This document shows, in pieces, positions 1 through 9,723 of a DNA stretch of 64,000 nucleotides. Where the stretch lies: NCBI GenBank assembly GCA_020845895.1, contig JADLEX010000125.1, forward strand, positions 49,729 through 113,728, read 5' to 3'. Position 1 is the stretch's first letter. Each line of letters starts with the position of its first letter. Made by a program: the position numbers and the translations under genes. The stretch comes from Deltaproteobacteria bacterium. GTDB lineage: Bacteria; Lernaellota; Lernaellaia; JACKCT01. Under the pieces are notes generated by a model. It did no database searches. It worked only from the letters and a program-made list of their open reading frames with translations, and was not told the origin of the DNA.

Positions 1-1311
1 TTTCGCGTCGAAGAGGCCGAATCCCGCGTCGAGCACGCGCGTGCCTTCCCATCCGACCCAACGCATCGACACCGCCCATGTCGAGTCGGGCGCGAGCTCG
101 CTGATGACCGGGCCGAACGCGGTCGCCCACGCGTCGCGCGTCACGATCTCGTCCTTCACCCGCGCGCGCAGCGCCCGCCGCGTCATGCCGTACGTCTTGC
201 CGTCCTGCACGAAGGTCTTGCGCGCGCCGTCCACCTGCTCGAGGGCGAGGTCGATCGTGTCGGCGTGCACGGCGGTGACGCCCCACGCCACGCGACCGTT
301 GTGGCCGGCGAGCGCTACCGGCACGCCCGGCGCGAACGCCCCCGCCACGGACCACTCCGGCGACTGCACGTGCGCGGCGAACCAGAAGGGCGGCATCGAG
401 GTCGAGACGTGCGGATCATTCGCGAGCATCGGCTTGCCGCTCGCGGATTTCGACGGGCCGACGACCCAGTTGTTGCTCGCCGACAGCTCCGCGGTCAGGT
501 GCCGCGAGCCCGCGATGAAACGCTGAAAGTGCTCCAGCCCTTTCAGGAAACGCACGCCGCCGAGCCGCCCGCGAAACGCGCGAACGTATTCGTACGCGTC
601 CGGCGCGATCGCGACGTCGGGCGAAATGTAGTCGAGGATCTGCTCGATCGACATGCCGTCACGCAGTGCCGCCACCGCAAACGCCTCTTCCTGCAGATTC
701 TGCGAAAGGCCGAACGAGAGCATCGCCGCGATCGCCGCGCTGTCCTCGGCGTTCCACATCCGGAAATGTTTGCCGCCGAGAAACGCGGGCACGGAGTACG
801 GCGCGGACAACTCGCCCTCGCGTTCGCGGGCGAAGGCATTGATGCCGTCGGCGAAGGCGGAGAGCCGCGCCTTCGTTTCGGGGCTCGACGCCTCCAGGTG
901 TCGGCGGCCCGTGTCGGCGAAGTCGAGCAGGCGCAGCCACAGATCGATCTCCACCGCGTCGAGCGTCGTTTCGCCCGACTCGTCACGCAGCGTGATCTCG
1001 GGACCGGTCAGCCCCGCGAGATCGCCGCGCGCGATACGCCGGTAAAGATCGAGCTGAAACAGCCGCGCCGAGGCCATCGCATAGCCGAGGCCGATCATCG
1101 CGTCGCGTTCGGACAGCGCGCGCACGTGCGGCACGTACCACTCGTCGTAGTCGATACGCACCTCGCCCGAGACGCCGGCGACCTCGACGATCTCCTCGCC
1201 CTCGCGCGGGAACCCGGCGCCGACCCACATGCGCGCGCAACCGCACGCCAGCGCGGCGACGAGAGCGACGAGGCATGCCGTCCGCGCCCGACTCCGCCAG
1301 AACATCTTCAT
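1..1311 (-). CDS. Penicillin amidase/acylase family protein (Ntn-hydrolase), N-terminal ~437 aa; C-terminus lies beyond window start
   Basis: Manual reverse translation from the ATG at 1311 gives an open frame to position 1 with no stop. Signal peptide with lipobox-like LACGC. The motif ASNNWVVGPSKSASGKPMLANDPHV matches the beta-subunit N-terminal Ser nucleophile region (SN.W....GKP.LANDPH) of penicillin G acylase/AHL acylases. It is absent from the ORF track only because it is open at the edge. Confidence 0.7.
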   Translation of the reverse strand, partial: MKMFWRSRARTACLVALVAALACGCARMWVGAGFPREGEEIVEVAGVSGEVRIDYDEWYVPHVRALSERDAMIGLGYAMASARLFQLDLYRRIARGDLAGLTGPEITLRDESGETTLDAVEIDLWLRLLDFADTGRRHLEASSPETKARLSAFADGINAFAREREGELSAPYSVPAFLGGKHFRMWNAEDSAAIAAMLSFGLSQNLQEEAFAVAALRDGMSIEQILDYISPDVAIAPDAYEYVRAFRGRLGGVRFLKGLEHFQRFIAGSRHLTAELSASNNWVVGPSKSASGKPMLANDPHVSTSMPPFWFAAHVQSPEWSVAGAFAPGVPVALAGHNGRVAWGVTAVHADTIDLALEQVDGARKTFVQDGKTYGMTRRALRARVKDEIVTRDAWATAFGPVISELAPDSTWAVSMRWVGWEGTRVLDAGFGLFDAK

Positions 1312-1381
1312 GATTCGCCCCGATCGCAAAACGACATCCCGAAAAAACACAATCCGAATCGCCCGCGCGGACGGCGCACCG

Positions 1382-1648
1382 CTACGGCTTCGGCTTCGTC
1401 TTTGACGCCGGCGCGCGCATCGGCAGCGCGCGTCGAGTTGGCGGCGCGGCGGCCGGCTGCGGACGCATCGCGAACGCGTTGGCGTCGGCCTCTTCGCGCG
1501 AACCGATGGGCCTGCCGCACTTCCGGCAACGATAGTCGTAGAGATTCTTGCCCGGCAGCACGAGGAGCAACACCTCGCGCACCTCGGTCGCCGTCCGGCA
1601 GTGCGGACAGAAAAGCTGCGAAGCCTGAAAGTCGCGATACTGCGCCAT
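1382..1648 (-). CDS. Small zinc-ribbon protein (CPHC...CRKC)
   Basis: 88-aa ORF with a four-Cys zinc-ribbon arrangement and a Pro/Ala/Lys-rich tail. Confidence 0.45.
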   Translation of the reverse strand: MAQYRDFQASQLFCPHCRTATEVREVLLLVLPGKNLYDYRCRKCGRPIGSREEADANAFAMRPQPAAAPPTRRALPMRAPASKTKPKP

Positions 1649-1711
1649 GCGCCTATTGTAGGAAGTGACCGCGTTCTGTCGAGGCGGCTCGGGTCCGCGT
1701 CCGCGCGTTCG

Positions 1712-2248
1712 TCAGTCGCCGACGCTGCCGGGCTCGATGGTGCGTTCGAAGGTGCAGTCGCGCGACGACGAGTCGCAGCCCGCGCCCTGATAGAAGATGT
1801 CGTCCGAAAGCGCGCCCGAGATGGTGAGCGTTTCGGAATCGATCTTCACGCGGTAGTTCTGCACGTTGAACTTGGTGCAGTTGGTTCCCGCCGCGAAACT
1901 CTCGATCGCGGCCTTCACGACCACCGTGCCGTACACGTCCGCCTTGAACAGCTCCACCGCCTCGAGACCGCTGCCGGGGGTCGTGTAACGCACCCACGCG
2001 GTGCCCAGGTCATCGCTCTGCTCGATCTCGACGATCCAGTCCTCGCTCTCGCCCTCGTTCTCGGGCGTGCAGTCGTCCTTCACGATGGACATCACGGCGG
2101 GATAGACGCCCTCGATCTCCTCGCCGTAGGTCGGCTCCTTCTCATCGTCATCGTCGCCGCCGCTGCCGCCGGCGCATGCGGACACGACGAGGGAGGTCAG
2201 AATGAGCCCCAAGATTGCCCAAAAACCGAACGGGATCCCCCTTCGCAT
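1712..2248 (-). CDS. Lipoprotein with poly-Asp segment after lipobox Cys (hypothetical)
   Basis: Signal peptide ...LILTSLVVSAC followed by AGGSGGDDDDEKE. Start chosen at MRRGIPF (ATG at 2248). Confidence 0.5.
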   Translation of the reverse strand: MRRGIPFGFWAILGLILTSLVVSACAGGSGGDDDDEKEPTYGEEIEGVYPAVMSIVKDDCTPENEGESEDWIVEIEQSDDLGTAWVRYTTPGSGLEAVELFKADVYGTVVVKAAIESFAAGTNCTKFNVQNYRVKIDSETLTISGALSDDIFYQGAGCDSSSRDCTFERTIEPGSVGD

Positions 2249-2466
2249 CGCATTCCTCCACGACCGGAGCGCACACCACATCTGGACGATCCCGCGATGC
2301 ACGCACCTAGATATGGTGACGAATATGACGCGACCGGGAGAGCGTGTCAACGCGTGTATCAGCGCGCAATTCGGCTTGGTTGTTCATGAACGCGCCCGCG
2401 CGCGGCGCATTGCCGCGCCGTCGCGGTTTTGGTAGCGTCCGCGCCGTCCGCCTGGGAGGAATCGCC

Positions 2467-3600
2467 GTGGCCGAACCCGTGACCGCCGTCAAGTTTCTCG
2501 ATCTCGCCGCGCAGTTCGCGCAGGTCGAAGCGCCGATCCGCGCGGCGATCGACGACATCCTCTCCACGCAGGGCTTTATCGGCGGACCGTACGTCGAGCA
2601 CGCCGAGGCCGACGTGCTCGGCTATTGCGGCATGCCGGAGGGCGCGGCAATCGCGGTGTCGTCGGGCACCGACGCGCTGCTGGCCGTTCTGATGGCGATG
2701 GGCGTAGGCGCGGGCGACGAGGTCGTCACGACGCCGTACACGTTTTTCGCCACGGCGGGGGTTATCCACCGCGTCGGCGCGCGGCCCGTCTTCGTGGACA
2801 TCGACCCCGTCACGTATAACATCGACGTTTCGCGCGTCGCCGCGGCGATCACCGAGCGCACCCGCGCCGTGATGCCCGTGCACCTGTTCGGGATGTGCGT
2901 GGACATGGACGCGCTCGAAGCCGCGTGCCGGAGCGTGCCGATCGTCGAGGACGCGGCGCAGTCGCTGGGCGCGCGCGACCGGGGCCGGCGCGCGGGTTCG
3001 ATGGGGGTTGCGGGATGCTTCAGCTTCTACCCGGGTAAAAATCTCGGCGTGCTCGGCGACGGCGGCATGGTGGTGACGCGCGACCGCGAACTCGGCGAGG
3101 CGATCCGCCGCCTGCGCAACCACGGTCAGGCCGAGCTCTATCGCCACACGGCGGTGGGCGGCAATTTCCGGCTCGACGCCATCCATTGTGCGACGGTGAG
3201 CGCGAAGTTGCCGCATCTCGACCGCTGGAGCGCCGAGCGCGCGGCCAACGCGGCGCGCTACGACGCGCTTTTCCACGAGGCCGGGCTCGTCGGGCGCGGC
3301 GTGACGGCGCTGCCCGACGCCGCCGCGCCGGGCCACGTGTTCAATCAATATGTCATCCGCGCCGAGCGCCGCGACGAGCTGATGGCGCACCTGCGTGCGT
3401 CGGGCATCGGGGGCATGGTGTACTACCCGATTCCGCTGCACCGGCAGCCGTGTTTCGAGTATCTCGGTTATCGCGAGGGGGATTTTCCCGAGAGCGAACG
3501 CGCCGCGCGCGAGACGCTGGCCCTGCCGGTCTATCCGGAGATCCCGGCGACGCACCAGCAGCACGTCGTGGAGACGATCCAGTCGTTTTACGGGGCGTGA
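2467..3600 (+). CDS. DegT/DnrJ/EryC1/StrS family PLP-dependent aminotransferase (sugar aminotransferase)
   Basis: GTG start with GGAGGA RBS. Sequence VKFLDLAAQ...GGPYVEHAE...VSSGTDAL...TTPYTFFAT...FYPGKNLG is typical of the DegT family. Confidence 0.85.
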   Translation: MAEPVTAVKFLDLAAQFAQVEAPIRAAIDDILSTQGFIGGPYVEHAEADVLGYCGMPEGAAIAVSSGTDALLAVLMAMGVGAGDEVVTTPYTFFATAGVIHRVGARPVFVDIDPVTYNIDVSRVAAAITERTRAVMPVHLFGMCVDMDALEAACRSVPIVEDAAQSLGARDRGRRAGSMGVAGCFSFYPGKNLGVLGDGGMVVTRDRELGEAIRRLRNHGQAELYRHTAVGGNFRLDAIHCATVSAKLPHLDRWSAERAANAARYDALFHEAGLVGRGVTALPDAAAPGHVFNQYVIRAERRDELMAHLRASGIGGMVYYPIPLHRQPCFEYLGYREGDFPESERAARETLALPVYPEIPATHQQHVVETIQSFYGA

Positions 3601-3616
3601 CCCGGCGGTTCGCGCG

Positions 3617-5767
3617 TCAGGGTTCGTATTCGTCCGCACCGATGTCCATGGCCGCACCCTTGGGCCGCCGCGTGCCGTCGAAGTCGACCGGGAACCGATT
3701 CCACTCCTCGTTCCAGATCGGCGCGACCAGCGGGAAAAACGACATCGGGATGGGGGTGTAGACCCCCTCGTCGATCAGCGGACTGTCCGGACGCAGGCGC
3801 AAGTCGCCGTTTTCGGCATCGACGAAGAGGGGGTCGACTGAAATATCGGTTCCCGATCGGAAGTTTTGACTCGGTTGACCTTCCGGGATCTCGCGCTCTT
3901 CATCCATCCAATTCTTTAACTCGCCAGAATACATATTGTTATTTTCCTGTACAATGTTTTCGTAGTCAGAAAATGTCCACAAGGCGCTGCCCAACGAAGA
4001 AACAACGATGTTGTTGTTTATGATTTCGGCGTTGAGGTGACCATCGTATTTCGGCTGAAAAATCGAATCCGAAAATAGTTCAATCCCCGTAGCAGAGGTG
4101 CTTGCGCCTCTTACATAAATTGTGTTATCAATAATCGAGGCGTAGACGATGCCAATTGCATAATCAGAAACCTCAATTCCAGAAACAAGAGATAACATGG
4201 TGGAGTCTGATTCGACCGATATGGTGTTTTGTCGATGGAGTCCAAGCTCAAACGAATATATCCCACCACATTGTCCAAGTGCGAATCCCGATGCCAATTC
4301 CATGCAGCGAACACGGATCTCATTCCCAAAAGTTGCGCCAGCCTGGATGCCGATTCCTCCAGAGTTGCCTGTGTCGATATATATTTTGTTGTGAATGACT
4401 AACGGCCCAATATCATAAATAAAAAAATTTGGCGATCTTATGCCGCCAAAGCTATATGTTGCGTCTCCCGTCATGGAGATGTTGTTGTTTGCCACGATAG
4501 AGCGGCCTACGGGTGTCAGATATGAGTAAAAATAGGAATCAACAGCATGGGCGCTTGAAGAGTAAACATTCATATATATATCATTATCGACGATCATCGA
4601 GAGGGCCGACACTCGTATTCCGCGCGAAGAGGATGTTGTGTTCAGTGTGCCCGACACGGAATTTTGCGCAATCATCAAGCCGGGATTTGGAGCATCGAAA
4701 CTTCCGACATCAATCCCAATGAAGTTTTCCGTTCCGCCCATTGTAATATGATTCCCCGTGACATGGACGAGTGAATTCGATGATGAAAGTCCTAAAAATC
4801 GCTCGACAATCGCTGGTTCGATGATGTTAGCGGCCACCCACACCACTTCGGATGCATTCACACTGATTCCATTGACCTCGTTGAAAGTCGCAGGTGCTTC
4901 TATCGTAAACCCATTCACCGCCATCGGACCGACCGCGCCATCCACGAGGATCGTCGTATCCGCCGCGACGGGCTCCACGCGCGTGGCGGGTGCGGTGTCG
5001 GACAGGTCGCGCGTCCATGTTCCGGCCTCGTATCCGCCGAAAATCGACACGGTCGTCACCACGTCTTCGTGATAGGTCCCCGTCGCCACGACCACACCGT
5101 CCGCGCTGCCGAGCGTCGCCGCCGCGATGCCCGCGTTGATCGTCTTCATCGGCAGAAGCGCCGTGCCGGGGTTCGCGTCGTCGCCGCCCGCGCCGTCCAC
5201 ATAAATCACGTTCAGCGAATTCGTCGCCACGTCGCCGTTCGCGCAGTCGTTGTCGATGCCGTCGTCGGGAAAATCGAACATGCCGGGATTCACCGCCGGG
5301 TCCGCGTCGTCGCAGTCGGTCGGCGTCATCGACCAGCCGTTCGGCAGCGGCATGCCCGCGCACATGAAGGTCTGCGTGCCGGGATACGTATCGTAGTCCG
5401 CGTCGCGGTAAACCGTGACGATCTCCCACTTATCGGGATCGTAGTCCCAACAGTCGTCGCCCGCCGGGCAGTTCTCGCCGTATCCGTCGCCGTCATAATC
5501 GACGCACCCGCCCGTGTCGTCATCCGCCGAATCGTCGTCGCCCGTATCGTCATCGGCGTCGTCATCGGTCGCGTCATCGTCGGATGCGTCGTCGTCCGCG
5601 AGATCGTCGTCGGAGGTATCGTCATCCGCCGTGGCCGCGTCATCATCGGCCGTCGCGCTCGACGACGAGTCGTCGTCATCGCCGCACCCCACGGGATTCA
5701 TGCCCGCGAGCGCGCACAGCAGCAACAGCACGATCTCAACACGATGAACCAAGTCGCGATGCGTCAT
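3617..5767 (-). CDS. Secreted/lipo-protein with long poly-Asp acidic linker and right-handed parallel beta-helix (PbH1) repeats; C-terminal DIGADEYEP
   Basis: Signal peptide, then about 70 aa of DDDxxDDD low complexity, then repeated NNxI/IxxN beta-helix-like motifs. The C-terminal DxGAxEY motif is common in beta-helix proteins. Confidence 0.7.
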   Translation of the reverse strand: MTHRDLVHRVEIVLLLLCALAGMNPVGCGDDDDSSSSATADDDAATADDDTSDDDLADDDASDDDATDDDADDDTGDDDSADDDTGGCVDYDGDGYGENCPAGDDCWDYDPDKWEIVTVYRDADYDTYPGTQTFMCAGMPLPNGWSMTPTDCDDADPAVNPGMFDFPDDGIDNDCANGDVATNSLNVIYVDGAGGDDANPGTALLPMKTINAGIAAATLGSADGVVVATGTYHEDVVTTVSIFGGYEAGTWTRDLSDTAPATRVEPVAADTTILVDGAVGPMAVNGFTIEAPATFNEVNGISVNASEVVWVAANIIEPAIVERFLGLSSSNSLVHVTGNHITMGGTENFIGIDVGSFDAPNPGLMIAQNSVSGTLNTTSSSRGIRVSALSMIVDNDIYMNVYSSSAHAVDSYFYSYLTPVGRSIVANNNISMTGDATYSFGGIRSPNFFIYDIGPLVIHNKIYIDTGNSGGIGIQAGATFGNEIRVRCMELASGFALGQCGGIYSFELGLHRQNTISVESDSTMLSLVSGIEVSDYAIGIVYASIIDNTIYVRGASTSATGIELFSDSIFQPKYDGHLNAEIINNNIVVSSLGSALWTFSDYENIVQENNNMYSGELKNWMDEEREIPEGQPSQNFRSGTDISVDPLFVDAENGDLRLRPDSPLIDEGVYTPIPMSFFPLVAPIWNEEWNRFPVDFDGTRRPKGAAMDIGADEYEP

Positions 5768-5859
5768 GACATACCCCGATCCGCGTTGGGGGAAAGTCAA
5801 ATATGGATGATGTTAACACAGGTCGAACGCGGAATGAAAGAAATATTTCTACGGCGTCG

Positions 5860-7185
5860 TCAGCGCAGTACCGACAGACCCTTCGCCCACTCCTCGAAGT
5901 CCCGCGCGGCGCGTTCGACCTTCGCCGCGCGGCGCTCGGCCTTGCCCATCTTTCGCAACGTCTCTTCGATGCCGGGCAATATGCCGAGGTTTGCGTTCAT
6001 CGGTAGATAGGGACGCGCGGGGGACGCAGTGACGTGGCCGTGCAGAGCGCCCATCAGCGTGGTGGGCGGCGGCGGCGGGATCTCGATCCCCCGCGCCTCG
6101 GCCACCGCGAACAGCGCCGCGAGCATGCCGCACGCCGCGCTCTCGGTATAACCCTCGACACCGGTGATCTGACCCGCGAGCCGTACATTCGGCCGCGCTT
6201 CGAGAGCGAGCGTCGGCGTCAGTACGCGCGGGCCGTCCACATATGTATTGCGATGCATGACCCCGAGGCGCAGGAACTCGGCGTTCGCGAGGCCGGGGAT
6301 CATACGCAGCACGCGCTGCTGATCGCCCCACTTCATGCGCGTCTGAAATCCGACGAGGTTGTACGCCTCGCCATGCGCATCCTCGCGACGCAGTTGCACC
6401 ACGGCGAAGGGCCGCCGCCCGGTGCGCGGATCGACGAGGCCGACGGGGCGCATGGGGCCGAAGGCGAGCGTCATCGGCCCGCGCGACGCGATCGACTCGA
6501 TCGGCATGCACGCCTCGAAGACGCGGTCATCCTCGAAGTCGTGCGGCGCCACCTTTTCGGCGGCGACGAGGGCGGCGAAAAACGCTTCGTACTCCTCGCG
6601 CGTCATCGGGCAATTGAGATAGTCGGGATCGCCCTTGTCCCAGCGCCCCGCGGCGAAAACGACCTCGCGGTCGATGGTGTCCGCGGCGACGATGGGCGAG
6701 GTGGCGTCGAAGAAAAAGAGCCCGTCGCTCCCCGTCGCCTCGCGGATCGCGGCGGCGAGGCCGTCCGTCGTAAGCGGACCCGTCGCGACGATCGCGGGTT
6801 CGTCCGGCAACTCGCGGATCTCGGCGCACTCGACGCGCACGCCCTCATCGGCGAGAAGGCGCTCGGTCTCGCGGCTCATCGTCTCACGGTGAACGGCGAG
6901 GCTGCCGCCGGCGGGCACACGCGCGGCGTCGGCCGCGGGCAGGATCACCGAGCCCAAGCGGCGCATCTCGGCTTTGAGCTGGCCCGGCGCGGTCTCGGGG
7001 CGATTGGAGCCGAGCGAATTGGAGCAGACGAGTTCGGCGGGGCCATGGAGCTTGTGCGCGGGGGTCTTCGCCTCGGGTTTGATATCCACGAGACGCACCC
7101 GCAACCCGGTGCGCGCCGCGAGATGCGCGGCCTCGCAGCCCGCTAGACCCGCGCCGACCACGAGCAGGTCGTGGCCGGGCGTCAT
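5860..7185 (-). CDS. trmFO: Methylenetetrahydrofolate--tRNA-(uracil-5-)-methyltransferase TrmFO (Gid)
   Basis: MTPGHDLLVVGAGLAGCEAA FAD-binding N-terminus, plus internal motifs ...SNSLGS... and ...GQITGVEGYTESAA.... The start overlaps the topA stop (ATGA). Confidence 0.85.
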   Translation of the reverse strand: MTPGHDLLVVGAGLAGCEAAHLAARTGLRVRLVDIKPEAKTPAHKLHGPAELVCSNSLGSNRPETAPGQLKAEMRRLGSVILPAADAARVPAGGSLAVHRETMSRETERLLADEGVRVECAEIRELPDEPAIVATGPLTTDGLAAAIREATGSDGLFFFDATSPIVAADTIDREVVFAAGRWDKGDPDYLNCPMTREEYEAFFAALVAAEKVAPHDFEDDRVFEACMPIESIASRGPMTLAFGPMRPVGLVDPRTGRRPFAVVQLRREDAHGEAYNLVGFQTRMKWGDQQRVLRMIPGLANAEFLRLGVMHRNTYVDGPRVLTPTLALEARPNVRLAGQITGVEGYTESAACGMLAALFAVAEARGIEIPPPPPTTLMGALHGHVTASPARPYLPMNANLGILPGIEETLRKMGKAERRAAKVERAARDFEEWAKGLSVLR

Positions 7186-9668
7186 GAGGCGATCTGCGCG
7201 GCCCCGGGATCGGCGGAAACGAGCACGTGCCCGCACTTCGGGCAGCGCGTCTCGTGCGGCGAGCCCTCGGGCGCGCCCGTGGGGATGCGCTCGGCCACCC
7301 AGGCGTGCGCGCATTTCGGACACGGCGTGGGCACCGGGCGGTCGCCGGTCAGGAAGTCGCACGTGTTGCACGCCCAGAACGGCGTCTTTTTCGCGCCGCG
7401 CTTGCGGGGCAGGCGTTCGACGAGCGTGCCCTTGCAGTCCGGCGTCATGCACGAGAACCCGGTGTCGTAGGGCGCGGTGCCCTTGCACTTGGGGTATTTC
7501 GAGCACGACCAGAAATGCGAACCGTATCGCGAGACGCGCAGCACCATCTTCGACTGGCACTCACCGCACGCGGGGGCGTGCGCGTCGTGGACCTCGTAGC
7601 GCGGCTTGGCCTTGGGCGCCTTGAGGCTGACGATGTTCTTGCAGTCGGGGTAGCCCGAGCACGCGAGATACGGGCCCCAGCGCCCTTCGCGCTTGATCAT
7701 CGGGCTGCCGCATTTTTCGCAGGCGACCTCGGTGGTCTCGTCTTCCACAACGACGATCTTGCCGTTTTCGTCTTTCTTGAAGTTCTTGGAGCTCTTGCAA
7801 GTCGGATAGTTGGAGCACGCGAGATACGCGCCGCCGCGCCCGAACTTGATGCCCATCGGGTGGCCGCACTTCTCGCACGCGATGTCCGTCGCCTGGCCCT
7901 TGAGCTTGAAGTCCTTGAGGTGCTCCTGCGCGTTGTGCAGGGTCTTTTCGAAGGGATTGTAGAACTCGTGGAGCAGGGCGGTGTACGCCATGCGCCCTTC
8001 CTCGACCTCGTCAAGGTGCTCTTCCATCGACGCGGTGAAGCCCACGTCGAGCACGACGGGGAACGCGTCGATGAGCAGCCGCGTCACCACCTCGCCGAGC
8101 GGCGTCGGGTGCAGCGCGCCGCTGATTTTTTCGACGTACCCCTTGTCCTGGATCGTCGTCATGATCGACGCGTAGGTGGACGGGCGACCGATGCCCAGCT
8201 CCTCGAGCTCGCGGATCAGCGCGGCCTCGGAGAAACGCGGCGGGGGCTGCGTGAAGCGCTGCTCGGTGCGCACTTCGCGGCCGGCGAGTTCGTCACCAAT
8301 CGCGAGCGTCGGCAGCACGACGCGGGGGGCCGCTCCGTCGGTCGCGCGGCGGTGGAACTGGTCGTCTTCCTCTTCAGTGCGCCGGTCGGCTTCGATGTCG
8401 CCGCCGTCACGCCAGGCGCGCATGTAACCCGCGAAGGTCTCCTCGGTCGTGGTGACGGCCAGGACGTAGGTTCCGTTTTCGACCTCGACGGTCTTTTGCG
8501 ACAGTTCCGCGGGCACCATCTGGCTCGCGATGAACCGCCGCCAGATCAGGCGGTAGAGCCGGAACTGCTCAGGCTTGAGATGCCCTTCGAGCTTCTCGGG
8601 CGGCAGGTCGATGCGCGTGGGGCGAATCGCCTCGTGCGCTTCCTGCGCACCTTTTCCACTTTTATAGAAGTTGGGTTTTTCCGGCAGATACCGCTCGCCC
8701 CACGTCTCGCGGATGTACTCCGCGGCGGCGGCCTGCGCCTCGGGGGCGATGCGCACGGCGTCGGTACGCATGTAGGTGATGAGTCCCTCGGGCCCTTCGC
8801 CGGTGACGTCCACGCCCTCGTAGAGCTGCTGCGCCACGGCCATCGTCTGCTTGGGCGACATGCGAAGCTGCCCGCTCGCCGCCTGCTGCAATGTGCTCGT
8901 GATGAAGGGCGGGCTGGGCTTGCGCTGCGTGGTCTTGGTCTGGATGTCCAGAACGCGGAATTTGCCCGCCACGAGCGCGGCGCGCACGGCCTCGGCGTCC
9001 TTCGCGTTGTCGATCTCGGCCTTCTTGTCGCCGATACGCACCAGCTTGACCGCGAACGGCGCGGTTTCGCCTTTTTGCACGTCGGCGTCGATGACCCAGT
9101 ATTCGCGGGGCGTGAAGGCTCGGATCTTCTCTTCGCGTTCGAGCACCACGCGCACGGCGACGCTCTGCACGCGCCCGGCCGACAGGCCGTATTTCACCTT
9201 TTTCCAGAGGAAGGGCGACAGGTTGTATCCGACGAGGCGGTCGAGAATGCGCCGGGCCTGCTGGCTGTTGAACCTGTTTTCGTCGAGCTTCATCGGGTGC
9301 TTGAGGGCTTCCAGTACCGCGCGCTTGGTAATCTCGTTGAACATGACGCGCTGGACCGTCTTGCCCTTCGCTCCGATGGCCTGCGCGACGTGCCAGGCGA
9401 TGGCCTCTCCCTCGCGGTCGGGGTCGGGGGCGAGCAGGATGACGTCCGCCTTTTTCGCGGCGTCCTTGAGTTCTTTGAGCACCTTTTCCTTGCCGGGGAT
9501 GGTGACGTACTTGACCGCGAAGTCTTTCGCGACGTCGACGCCGAGGTCCGACGTGGGCAGGTCGCGGACGTGGCCCACGCTCGCCTTCACGTCGTAACCC
9601 GTGCCCAGATACTTCTTCAGCGTCTTCGCCTTGGCCGGCGACTCGACGATGAGCAGGGTCTGGCTCAT
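7182..9668 (-). CDS. topA: DNA topoisomerase I
   Basis: MSQTLLIVESPAKAKTLKKYLG...GHVRDLP Toprim N-terminus, followed by C-terminal repeated Cys4 zinc ribbons. Confidence 0.9.
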   Translation of the reverse strand: MSQTLLIVESPAKAKTLKKYLGTGYDVKASVGHVRDLPTSDLGVDVAKDFAVKYVTIPGKEKVLKELKDAAKKADVILLAPDPDREGEAIAWHVAQAIGAKGKTVQRVMFNEITKRAVLEALKHPMKLDENRFNSQQARRILDRLVGYNLSPFLWKKVKYGLSAGRVQSVAVRVVLEREEKIRAFTPREYWVIDADVQKGETAPFAVKLVRIGDKKAEIDNAKDAEAVRAALVAGKFRVLDIQTKTTQRKPSPPFITSTLQQAASGQLRMSPKQTMAVAQQLYEGVDVTGEGPEGLITYMRTDAVRIAPEAQAAAAEYIRETWGERYLPEKPNFYKSGKGAQEAHEAIRPTRIDLPPEKLEGHLKPEQFRLYRLIWRRFIASQMVPAELSQKTVEVENGTYVLAVTTTEETFAGYMRAWRDGGDIEADRRTEEEDDQFHRRATDGAAPRVVLPTLAIGDELAGREVRTEQRFTQPPPRFSEAALIRELEELGIGRPSTYASIMTTIQDKGYVEKISGALHPTPLGEVVTRLLIDAFPVVLDVGFTASMEEHLDEVEEGRMAYTALLHEFYNPFEKTLHNAQEHLKDFKLKGQATDIACEKCGHPMGIKFGRGGAYLACSNYPTCKSSKNFKKDENGKIVVVEDETTEVACEKCGSPMIKREGRWGPYLACSGYPDCKNIVSLKAPKAKPRYEVHDAHAPACGECQSKMVLRVSRYGSHFWSCSKYPKCKGTAPYDTGFSCMTPDCKGTLVERLPRKRGAKKTPFWACNTCDFLTGDRPVPTPCPKCAHAWVAERIPTGAPEGSPHETRCPKCGHVLVSADPGAAQIAS

Positions 9669-9723
9669 GCGCTCTCCGTTTTTGCGGAACCCTCGGGCTC
9701 CCGACGATGGGTCGTCCACGAAC

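Noticed and set aside
265-1668. 467-aa plus-strand ORF (Arg/Ala-rich)
   Set aside because: It is antisense to the well-supported penicillin-acylase gene. Its composition is the typical high-GC artefact, with no motifs.
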